From: an uncultured Azospirillaceae bacterium
GTDB lineage: Bacteria > Pseudomonadota > Alphaproteobacteria > RF32 > CAG-239
Assembly (NCBI GenBank): GCA_964440165.1
Contig: CAYTQF010000002.1
Span: 1-35,310, forward strand
Length of the DNA: 35,310 bases
Direction: 5' to 3'
Shown here: positions 8,981 to 15,909 of the stretch, piece after piece
Layout: every line of letters begins with the position of its first letter
Position numbering within the stretch: position 1 is the first letter of the stretch
The notes under the pieces: model-generated
The model's input: the letters and a program-made list of their open reading frames with translations, nothing else
Told to the model about the DNA's origin: nothing
Databases searched by the model: none
Made by a program: the position numbers and the translations under genes

Positions 8981-9176
8981 AAAAAAAAACCAAAATCAGA
9001 ATTGTAAAACAAATACATACACATGCACAGCAATAAATCAGACTGTTTCCGGCAGTCTGTACATTGATGTTCAGGTTGTTGGCATTCGAAATAGGGGAGT
9101 TGGCTGAAGAATGACTGATGTCATCAACATTTTTGGCGCGAGCTAAAATTTCCTCAATTTTATCATCAACTCTCAT
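8979..9176 (-). CDS. Small membrane protein (N-terminal fragment?) co-transcribed with the repressor
   Basis: Its ATG overlaps the repressor stop (TGATG). It has a Cys-rich TM helix LIYCCACVCICFTILILVFF and ends at a TAG created inside the T9 run. Confidence 0.5.
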   Translation of the reverse strand: MRVDDKIEEILARAKNVDDISHSSANSPISNANNLNINVQTAGNSLIYCCACVCICFTILILVFF

Positions 9177-9586
9177 CAGTTGGCCTTTTTGATGGTTTCG
9201 TAAACTTCCATAAAATCAATGATTTTAGCGTTTCTTTGTTTTTCCGGAAGATTATATACTTTAGTGAAAATGAGGCGAATAAGCTCAGCTTTATCCTTTG
9301 GTTCATAAAAAACCTTATGTGCCAAAGCCCATGCTTCAACTTTTTCAATTACATTCGCAAAACAATCAATAGCCTGTTCACCCAAATCGTTTGATTCGAA
9401 TTCAAATAAGTAATTAGGCGTTGTATGAAAATATCTGCAAAATTTGGCAATAAAAGCATAATCAGCTTCACGTTTTCCGTTGATATACTGATTAAGTCTT
9501 GGCTGGCTTACTCCGAGTTGTTCGGCGACAAAAGTTTGGCTTTCACCGGAGTTTTCCACAATTAATTTCATGCGTTTATCTATCAT
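9176..9586 (-). CDS. XRE/CI-like HTH repressor with no S24 peptidase domain
   Basis: N-terminal HTH_3 pattern (SQTFVAEQLGVSQPRLNQYINGKR). The gene is divergent from the early operon. No SD is present and the predicted start site lies at or near the ATG. Confidence 0.8.
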   Translation of the reverse strand: MIDKRMKLIVENSGESQTFVAEQLGVSQPRLNQYINGKREADYAFIAKFCRYFHTTPNYLFEFESNDLGEQAIDCFANVIEKVEAWALAHKVFYEPKDKAELIRLIFTKVYNLPEKQRNAKIIDFMEVYETIKKAN

Positions 9587-9598
9587 GTATCCGAGGAT

Positions 9599-9663
9599 AT
9601 CACAATTTGTTAAAGAGTCAAATAACTATTTGTTATTGATTTTCTATAACGTGATGTTATGAT
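9599..9663. promoter_or_regulatory. Tripartite operator and divergent promoters (genetic switch)
   Basis: ATCAC-aattt-GTTAA (9599-9613), ATAAC-tattt-GTTAT (9622-9636) and ATAAC-gtgat-GTTAT (9646-9660). Rightward promoter is TTGATT(9636)-N16-TATGAT(9658). Leftward promoter is TTGACT(9621-9616)-N16-TATCCT(9599-9594). Confidence 0.55.
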
Positions 9664-9701
9664 TATTTTCGGTTTAATAAAATTGGAAAGGACTACTAAT
9701 T

Positions 9702-10079
9702 ATGGATGAAGAATTAAACCGTTGTGAAAAATTGGTTATGGCAATTATCAGACAATGCCTTAAAGATTTGGTTGCGACCCGTGGTAGCGGGTATACCAAA
9801 CAAAGCTGTCGAGAAGCTTTTGATTTTTTCTTTAACGAATCATCGACAACGCATCGCAGTTTTAAGGAATGGTGTGATATTTCAGGATTAAACAGCACCT
9901 ATTGGCAGAGAATGGCTTATATGCATTTAGCTGCAGCTTTGAAAAAAACACCGTTTTTGCGTTATCGGATTAGTCGCTATATGCACGGCAAGCATAATTA
10001 TTTGATTTTGAGAAATTGTATTCGTAATTTGCCTGAGCTTCAAAAGATAGAAATATTGGGAGGGGATATTGATGATTAG
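9702..10079 (+). CDS. Hypothetical early protein (125 aa)
   Basis: First gene of the rightward operon, with a GGAAAGGA SD. No motif recognised. Confidence 0.6.
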   Translation: MDEELNRCEKLVMAIIRQCLKDLVATRGSGYTKQSCREAFDFFFNESSTTHRSFKEWCDISGLNSTYWQRMAYMHLAAALKKTPFLRYRISRYMHGKHNYLILRNCIRNLPELQKIEILGGDIDD

Positions 10080-10443
10080 AACAATAGAGGATGTTAAAGA
10101 AAAATTAGAATTTGCAGCTGAAATTATGCGCCGTTTGCCATCAGTAAAAGTGCAAGGATATATTTGTTCTTGGCCTGATTTTGTAAGAAAAGAAGAAGAG
10201 ATGAAAGGCTCATCGGATATTTGGTTGCATCCGTTACCTGAAGAAATTACGGATATGGAGAATATTTTAGAATGGTTGCGTTTTGTTCCTTTGGAAGAAC
10301 GACGTTTGATTTGGTTGCGAGCATGCGGTATGGGATGGAAGCATTTGACCAAATATTTCAAAAAAAGCCGTACAACATTGGATAGATATTATAATGGCGG
10401 CTTAAATAAGATTTTAGCAGCATTAATTGAAAAAAAATTATAA
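10069..10443 (+). CDS. Putative HTH regulator (sigma-70 region-4-like / DUF6362-like)
   Basis: The C-terminal segment EERRLIWLRACGMGWKHLTKYFKKSRTTLDRYYNGGLNKI resembles region-4-type HTH proteins of alphaproteobacterial prophages, judged from memory of the family. Confidence 0.5.
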   Translation: MMIRTIEDVKEKLEFAAEIMRRLPSVKVQGYICSWPDFVRKEEEMKGSSDIWLHPLPEEITDMENILEWLRFVPLEERRLIWLRACGMGWKHLTKYFKKSRTTLDRYYNGGLNKILAALIEKKL

Positions 10444-10509
10444 CAAAATAAAAAAGGAGGTACGCCTTATTGGATAAGGATTTGCAAAGATTAGACGTTA
10501 CATTTTGAT

Positions 10510-10567
10510 ACAAAATGAAACAAAATAGAACAAAAAAGTACAAAACAGGTAGAGACAAATACAAAAA
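10510..10567. repeat. Helically phased ACAAAA repeats
   Basis: ACAAAA starts at 10510, 10520, 10530 and 10540 (exact 10-bp period), with further copies at 10555 (ACAAAT) and 10561. Confidence 0.6.
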
Positions 10568-10622
10568 GTTGTGCTATGAATAGAGCTACAATAGCGAAAG
10601 TAATGTTGTTAGAGGATGTTCC

Positions 10623-10859
10623 GTGAAAAAGTCAAAAAAAATGGATGCCGCTAAACAGCAGTTGGTGGAAGAGCTTGAGGAAGCGCGTCTGATTGCACTT
10701 GAAACCAAAAGTTCGGCGGCTATGGTATCGGCATCAATAGGAAAAGCCAAAATTTTAGGGCTTATAAGTGAAAAGACCAAAAAAGAAAATGATGCTGCAG
10801 AGTTAAAGATAAAACCGGTTTTAGTAAAATTTATTACCGGAGAACCCGAAAAAGAATAA
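10623..10859 (+). CDS. Small charged protein; possible small terminase or DNA-packaging accessory protein
   Basis: 78 aa (GTG start; alternative ATG at 10641), immediately upstream of TerL. The AKILGL segment is reminiscent of small-terminase C-termini. The call is weak. Confidence 0.4.
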   Translation: MKKSKKMDAAKQQLVEELEEARLIALETKSSAAMVSASIGKAKILGLISEKTKKENDAAELKIKPVLVKFITGEPEKE

Positions 10860-10869
10860 ATCATGTCAA

Positions 10870-10904
10870 ACATCCCGTATTGTGTATTACGGGATGTTTT
10901 TTTG
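10870..10904 (+). terminator. Rho-independent terminator between the early operon and TerL
   Basis: 10-bp stem ACATCCCGTA / TACGGGATGT, 8-nt loop, T7 run. Confidence 0.8.
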
Positions 10905-10916
10905 TGAGAGAAACAG

Positions 10917-12236
10917 ATGTGTCGAGAAGTTCAAATCGCAGATAAATTTGCACCTTTAATGACAATGTCCAAACGTATTAAGTTTTATTATGGCGGACGT
11001 GCCGGTGGAAAATCGTATGCTTTTGCAGACAGCCTGCTATTACTGGGACGACAGAAAAAACTTTTAATCGCGTGTCTGCGCGAAATTCAAGATTCAATTA
11101 AAGATTCCGTGTATAAATTATTATGCGATAGAATTGCTTTGTATGAACTCGGAGATTATAAAATCTTTGAAAATCGGATAGAAAATACGGTAACAGGCAG
11201 TAAATTTATTTTCAAAGGGTTGAGGGAGCAAGATGCTCAACATATTAAATCTTTGGAAGGTGTCGATATCGCTTGGATAGAAGAAGCTCAAACCATAACT
11301 AAAAAATCATGGGAGATTTTAGAGCCGACGATTCGTAAAGACGGTTCCGAGATTTGGATATCTATGAATCGAGAACTTGAAAACGATGCTTTGTGGATGG
11401 CTGTTGCGGCTCAACCGGATGAGAGGACTTTTGTTTGCAGAGTAAATTATGACGACAATCCTTTTTGTCCGGAAGAAATCAAGCTGCAGGCTCAAAAATG
11501 CAAAGAAAAGAATTATGAAGATTATGAGCATATTTGGCTCGGAGAACCATTACGTCAAGGACATAATAAATTAATTTCGTCGCATTTGGTGAGAGAAGCT
11601 TTCAAAACCAGAATAAGCGCTTCAACATCTCCTTTGGTTATCGGTTTAGATATTGCCAGATTTGGAGATGATGCCACATCGTTTTGTTTTCGCAAAGGAC
11701 GTTTATGTTTAAAGTTTTTGAGTTTTCGTAAACTGGATAATGTCGGTGTTGCCAATCAGACTACGGCATTTATTAATGAGTATCATCCGTACCGTATTTT
11801 TATGGATATAGGCGGACAAGGCGCCGGAGTATATGATATTTTACGAGACAGGGGCTTTGGAGAAATTATCCGAGGCGTATATTTTGGTGAAAGGGCGATT
11901 AATGAAGAACGTTATTTTAACCGCCGCGCAGAAATGTGGGATGGTATCTTAAGTTGGTTGGACAGCAAACCTCAGGTACAGTTACCTTCGGATGAAGAAT
12001 TATTTAATGATTTAACCGGCGTGAATAAAAAATACGATCGCCGCGGACGATTGCAGCTGGAGGAAAAAGACGAACTTAAAAAACGTCTTGGTCGTTCACC
12101 TGATAAGGGCGATGCTTTGGCGTTAACCTTTGCAGAACCGGTTTATGATATCGGAAAACCGAGTTTATATGATACGGGAGAAGTCAGTATCGGGCAATTG
12201 TTTAAGGAAATGAATAAAGGAGGAAGCGGATGGTAA
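10917..12236 (+). CDS. Terminase large subunit (PBSX / Terminase_3-like)
   Basis: Walker A GGRAGGKS, Walker B-like IAWIEEAQ, and a C-terminal RNaseH-like nuclease region (GLDIARFGDD). Confidence 0.9.
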   Translation: MCREVQIADKFAPLMTMSKRIKFYYGGRAGGKSYAFADSLLLLGRQKKLLIACLREIQDSIKDSVYKLLCDRIALYELGDYKIFENRIENTVTGSKFIFKGLREQDAQHIKSLEGVDIAWIEEAQTITKKSWEILEPTIRKDGSEIWISMNRELENDALWMAVAAQPDERTFVCRVNYDDNPFCPEEIKLQAQKCKEKNYEDYEHIWLGEPLRQGHNKLISSHLVREAFKTRISASTSPLVIGLDIARFGDDATSFCFRKGRLCLKFLSFRKLDNVGVANQTTAFINEYHPYRIFMDIGGQGAGVYDILRDRGFGEIIRGVYFGERAINEERYFNRRAEMWDGILSWLDSKPQVQLPSDEELFNDLTGVNKKYDRRGRLQLEEKDELKKRLGRSPDKGDALALTFAEPVYDIGKPSLYDTGEVSIGQLFKEMNKGGSGW

Positions 12237-12643
12237 ATCTCAATCATTATTGGTTGGCTTATTTGGCGGGAGAAACAGTAGGAAACGCTGTTGCAACTTA
12301 TAAAAACATGAGATACAATCAAAATCAAATGCAACAAGATAATAAAATTGGAGCTGATAATTTTTATCATGCCAAGGCAGCATGTGAAGCAACTCAACAA
12401 GGATTGGACAGTATGTCTTGGGCATTGGCTGGCGGAGTCGCAAAAGAAGTAAGAGATTTGTATTGTAAAACGCAAGGACGTTGCGGGGAAAGACAAATCA
12501 ATTTTTCTGAAGCATGGAATGATAGTAAAAAAGATATGCTGAATAATTTCTTGGGTGCCGATCTTGGTTTAAAAAATAAAAATACGCCATGTAGAGTATT
12601 AATCAATGATTACAGAACAAAACATAATAAAGAAATTTATTGA
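12230..12643 (+). CDS. Serum amyloid A (SAA)-like protein
   Basis: [21 protein letters not shown]...[13 protein letters not shown] aligns by eye with SAA [21 protein letters not shown]...[17 protein letters not shown] SD present. Overlaps the TerL stop. Confidence 0.5.
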   Translation: [137 protein letters not shown]

Positions 12644-12650
12644 TATATTA

Positions 12651-12761
12651 ATGAAACAAGTCAAACTTTGTTTGAAATATTTTTTTATCACAATTATTGT
12701 TTTAATGATAATTGGACAGATAGCTTTTTTTATCGATCCGATTTGGACGGATGGATTTTAA
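12651..12761 (+). CDS. Possible 36-aa single-TM peptide
   Basis: MKQVKLCLKYFFITIIVLMIIGQIAFFIDPIWTDGF. No SD. It lies between the SAA-like gene and a terminator. Confidence 0.3.
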   Translation: MKQVKLCLKYFFITIIVLMIIGQIAFFIDPIWTDGF

Positions 12762-12790
12762 GTTGAAAAAATTTCAGGAATGATAAAGTC

Positions 12791-12816
12791 AGCCCGCTTT
12801 TCAGCGGGTTTTTTTT
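12791..12816 (+). terminator. Rho-independent terminator
   Basis: AGCCCGC-N6-GCGGGTT stem with one G.T pair, followed by a T-run. Confidence 0.55.
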
Positions 12817-12830
12817 ATGGAGAAAATATA

Positions 12831-13103
12831 ATGGAAAAAGGAAGTGCCGAACCAAGGGTGAGGGCGATTATGGATAGAATTTTCGTTCGCTTAGACAAGT
12901 TGCCGCAAAGTAATGTTTTTTTGCCGGAAAATTATGAGCAGGAACGTTGCATCGGAACGGTAGAAAGTGTCGGCGAGCAAGTTAAAAGTGTGAAAACCGG
13001 AGATAGAGTTCTGTTTCATGTTTTTGATGAGTTACCGGCGCCGGAACCTGATTTGGTTGTTGTACGAGAACGCAGTCTGCTTGGTATTTTTACCGATAAT
13101 TGA
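12831..13103 (+). CDS. GroES/Cpn10-like co-chaperonin
   Basis: DRIFVRL...IGTVESVGEQVKSVKTGDRVLF...LLGI parallels GroES DRVIVKR...GEVLAVG...VKVGDIVIF...ILAI. GGAG SD precedes ATG 12831. Confidence 0.55.
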   Translation: MEKGSAEPRVRAIMDRIFVRLDKLPQSNVFLPENYEQERCIGTVESVGEQVKSVKTGDRVLFHVFDELPAPEPDLVVVRERSLLGIFTDN

Positions 13104-13119
13104 AATAAGGAGAAAATTT

Positions 13120-13773
13120 ATGAATACTCAAATATCACTGGAAACGCTTTTAGGCAAAATTTCTAAAGCCGAAAAGATTTATTCCGAATATTATGATTTG
13201 GTTCGTGAAACCCGTGAATATTATAAAGACAGTCGTAAAAACGGTGCAGGAAAGTATAATATTTTTTGGTCTTCCATTGAGACCTTAAAGCCGTTTTTAT
13301 ATTTCAAACAACCACAGGTATATGTGGAACGAACAAATCGAACCGCGTCTCTTGTGGAAAATACGGCTTGTCGAATATTGGAAAAGGCACTTACCTGGGA
13401 TTTAACACAGTTTGATTTTGACAGTATTATTAAATACGCTCGTAATGATTTTTTAATCTCGGGCTGTGGTATCGTATGGGAACAATATCGACCGGAATTC
13501 ACAGAATTGCAGGATCCTGAAGACGAAAATAAACTCTTGTCTGTAAAAACGGGAGAGACGGTTATTTCGAGTTATGTGAATCCGGAATATTTTTTAGCGG
13601 ATTGCGACAAAGTTGGTATTTGGGAGAATGTTAATTGGATTGCCCGTAAAATATTTATGGATAATAAGGAATTAGTTCGTCGTTTTGGTACAGAATATGA
13701 AAGTTCTGTATTAGATAAGAAAGAAGTTTGCGTTTATGAGGTATGGCATAAGCCTGATAAAAAGGTTTATTAG
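13120..13773 (+). CDS. Portal (head-tail connector) protein, N-terminal part ending at an in-frame TAG
   Basis: AAGGAG SD precedes ATG 13120. It is in the same frame as 13801-14880, with one TAG (13771-13773) between them. Confidence 0.7.
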   Translation: MNTQISLETLLGKISKAEKIYSEYYDLVRETREYYKDSRKNGAGKYNIFWSSIETLKPFLYFKQPQVYVERTNRTASLVENTACRILEKALTWDLTQFDFDSIIKYARNDFLISGCGIVWEQYRPEFTELQDPEDENKLLSVKTGETVISSYVNPEYFLADCDKVGIWENVNWIARKIFMDNKELVRRFGTEYESSVLDKKEVCVYEVWHKPDKKVY

Positions 13774-13800
13774 CTGTGTCGGGAAATTCCGCATAAGTTT

Positions 13801-14880
13801 TTGAAGGTTAGTGATGATCCGCTGCATATCAGCGGATTTTTTCCATGTCCGAAACCGATTTTTGCAACGCAGACCAATGACAGCATTATTCCTGTACCGG
13901 ATTACTGCCTGATAAAAGAAATGCTTAATGAACTGAATGGTATAACCGGTAGAATGAAGTTGATTATGCAGGCTTTAAAAGTCAGCGGTGCATACGATAA
14001 ATCATTTCCCGATTTGTATAACATCTTAAATAAGGATGTTACATTGGTTGCGGTCAGTGATTTTCAAAAGCTGAGAGATTGCGGCGGTATTCGCGGTATT
14101 ATAGATTTTGCACCGATTGAACAGTATATTTTGGCATTAGAACAGTTATCCGTACGACGTGAAGATGTGGTTCGCCGTATTTTTGACGTTACGGGTGTTT
14201 CTGATATCATGCGAGGTAACAGCAATGAGGTTGAAACAGCTACAGCTGTTCGCCAAAAAACGAATTTCGGTACACTTAGAAACCAAGATCGTCAGAACGA
14301 TATGCAACGATTTATTGCGGATTTGTACAGAATTAAGGCTGAGATTATCTGTGAGCAGTTTTCTGAAAAATCCTTAATTGAATTTTTACCGGAAGAAGAA
14401 CGTCAAAACATAGCCATCATTAAGGCGGCTGTTGCTTTGCTGAAAACTGAAAAATTGCGTGGCATGGCACTTCGGGTTGAGAGTGATGCTGTCTTTAATC
14501 AGGAAGAAGAAGCTCAAAAGGTTATCAATGGTGTTACAACGATTAACACAATGATTCAAGAGGCATTTATGTCTGTTTCTCAGCAGCCGTTATTATTACC
14601 GTTGTATAAGACAATGATTGAGGCTGTTGTGGCATCAATGCCGCGTGCTCGTATGTTTGAAAGCGTTATTGAGCAAACCTTTAATCAAATCGGTGAAGAA
14701 CTGAATCGTCCTGAACCGGAACCTCAGCCACAGCCTGTTATAATCAATAATGATAATGAAGCTGAAAAAGTAAGGAACGCTCTCAAAGCGCGCGAACTGG
14801 ATATCCGTGAATTTGCAGAAAGAGAAAAAGCTCGTCTGAATCGTGAAGAACTGAAACTCAAGCAGGAGCAACAAAAATAA
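13801..14880 (+). CDS. Portal protein, C-terminal part (the open frame continues directly from codon 13774)
   Basis: No stop between 13774 and 14880. The combined length is 586 codons, and the position after TerL is typical of podovirus portals. Confidence 0.7.
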   Translation: MKVSDDPLHISGFFPCPKPIFATQTNDSIIPVPDYCLIKEMLNELNGITGRMKLIMQALKVSGAYDKSFPDLYNILNKDVTLVAVSDFQKLRDCGGIRGIIDFAPIEQYILALEQLSVRREDVVRRIFDVTGVSDIMRGNSNEVETATAVRQKTNFGTLRNQDRQNDMQRFIADLYRIKAEIICEQFSEKSLIEFLPEEERQNIAIIKAAVALLKTEKLRGMALRVESDAVFNQEEEAQKVINGVTTINTMIQEAFMSVSQQPLLLPLYKTMIEAVVASMPRARMFESVIEQTFNQIGEELNRPEPEPQPQPVIINNDNEAEKVRNALKARELDIREFAEREKARLNREELKLKQEQQK

Positions 14881-15111
14881 ATGGCGAATATTGCAAAGCA
14901 ATGGTCGGAAGAAATCATTTTGCCTAATGGTAAAACAGCCTCAAGCATGGGGGAATTAGACCATTATTTACGGGAGAACAATCTGGCATTGTCTTCGGAT
15001 TACAGTCATGAATACCGAGAAAAAGTCAGATACATTCGGCAAGAAAAAGAACGTAAGTCTCTTTGGGCCGATTTTATAGCTAACTACAAAAGGAGTATAT
15101 GGAATGAATAA
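14881..15111 (+). CDS. Hypothetical small head-module protein (76 aa)
   Basis: Its ATG directly abuts the portal stop. Confidence 0.5.
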   Translation: MANIAKQWSEEIILPNGKTASSMGELDHYLRENNLALSSDYSHEYREKVRYIRQEKERKSLWADFIANYKRSIWNE

Positions 15112-15844
15112 TAAAACACTTCGGGAAGAACTCGAAGAAAAATTTAATCAGGATGATGCCCCTGTTTCAGAAATTACAATAGCGGAAGAAGAACCTTCTG
15201 CAGAAGAAAAACTTGAAGCAGCGCATCATTGGATTGATGATATTTTCAGCAAAGAGAAAAGCCGTTTGGAAAAGTCTGGTATTACCGATCCTGAAGTTTG
15301 GGTAAAAGCTTTGGCATATTTTGACAGTGCTTTAGAAAACCATCCGCAGGAAACATTACGTTATTTGGCTCAAGCTTATAATGTTAATTTATCTGCTGAG
15401 TCTGATACTCAGATCGTTCAAGAAATTTCTGTTCGGTTGCAAAAGATTGAAGAGCATTTGGCATTTTTGCAGCAGGCTCTGGTTGTAAAAGAGCAAAAAG
15501 CCGAACAACAGGCTTTTGAAAATTTTGCGGAAGACAGAGATGAAGAAGGTAATCTTCTTCATCCGTATTTTGAACAGGTCAGAAGTGAAATGCTGTTTTT
15601 GCTCAATAGCAATGCCGTAACAGATCTTGATAAAGCTTATGAACAGGCTTTGTGGATGAATCCGCAGACCAGAGCTGTTATGATTGCAAAACAATCGGCA
15701 AAACAAGTGCGAGAATTGGCTGAAGAAGCCGAAAAAGCCAAAGAAGCCGGTTTTGCTCCTGAGGGCAAATTGAGCCGAGATGATTTCAAAAATTTGAGTA
15801 CGCGTGAAATTCTCGAGCGTCAGTTTAATGCCCTTGATGATTAA
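15104..15844 (+). CDS. Probable scaffolding protein
   Basis: Acidic, helical, low-complexity 246-aa protein located between the portal and major capsid genes. Confidence 0.5.
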   Translation: MNNKTLREELEEKFNQDDAPVSEITIAEEEPSAEEKLEAAHHWIDDIFSKEKSRLEKSGITDPEVWVKALAYFDSALENHPQETLRYLAQAYNVNLSAESDTQIVQEISVRLQKIEEHLAFLQQALVVKEQKAEQQAFENFAEDRDEEGNLLHPYFEQVRSEMLFLLNSNAVTDLDKAYEQALWMNPQTRAVMIAKQSAKQVRELAEEAEKAKEAGFAPEGKLSRDDFKNLSTREILERQFNALDD

Positions 15845-15870
15845 TTATTATGAATACTTAACCAAGACTG

Positions 15871-15897
15871 CCGGACATTTGTTCCGGTTTTTTTTAT
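15871..15897 (+). terminator. Weak hairpin plus T8 run upstream of the capsid gene
   Basis: CCGGA-N7-TCCGG followed by TTTTTTTT. Confidence 0.35.
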
Positions 15898-15909
15898 GAG
15901 GAAAGATAT

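Noticed and set aside
10454-10508. Strong orphan SD (AAGGAGG) followed 9 nt later by a 12-codon TTG-initiated mini-ORF; also a 22-codon basic ORF from ATG 10515
   Set aside because: Both are too short and lack conservation evidence. The SD-like sequence may be fortuitous or part of a regulatory RNA. I cannot support either as a gene from sequence alone.
10358-10564. 68-aa minus-strand ORF spanning the ACAAAA repeat array
   Set aside because: Its sequence (FFVLFCFILYQ...) simply reflects the T-rich complement of the repeats and overlaps the end of the HTH regulator gene. It has no start context.
13771-13773. TAG reassignment (pyrrolysine or recoded phage genetic code) as the explanation for the in-frame stop in the portal
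   Set aside because: TAG is used as the terminal stop of other genes in the same element (18238-19788, 20209-21078) and of host genes (trkH, 3629-4231). Only one internal TAG is seen, and no suppressor tRNA or pyl genes are present in the window.
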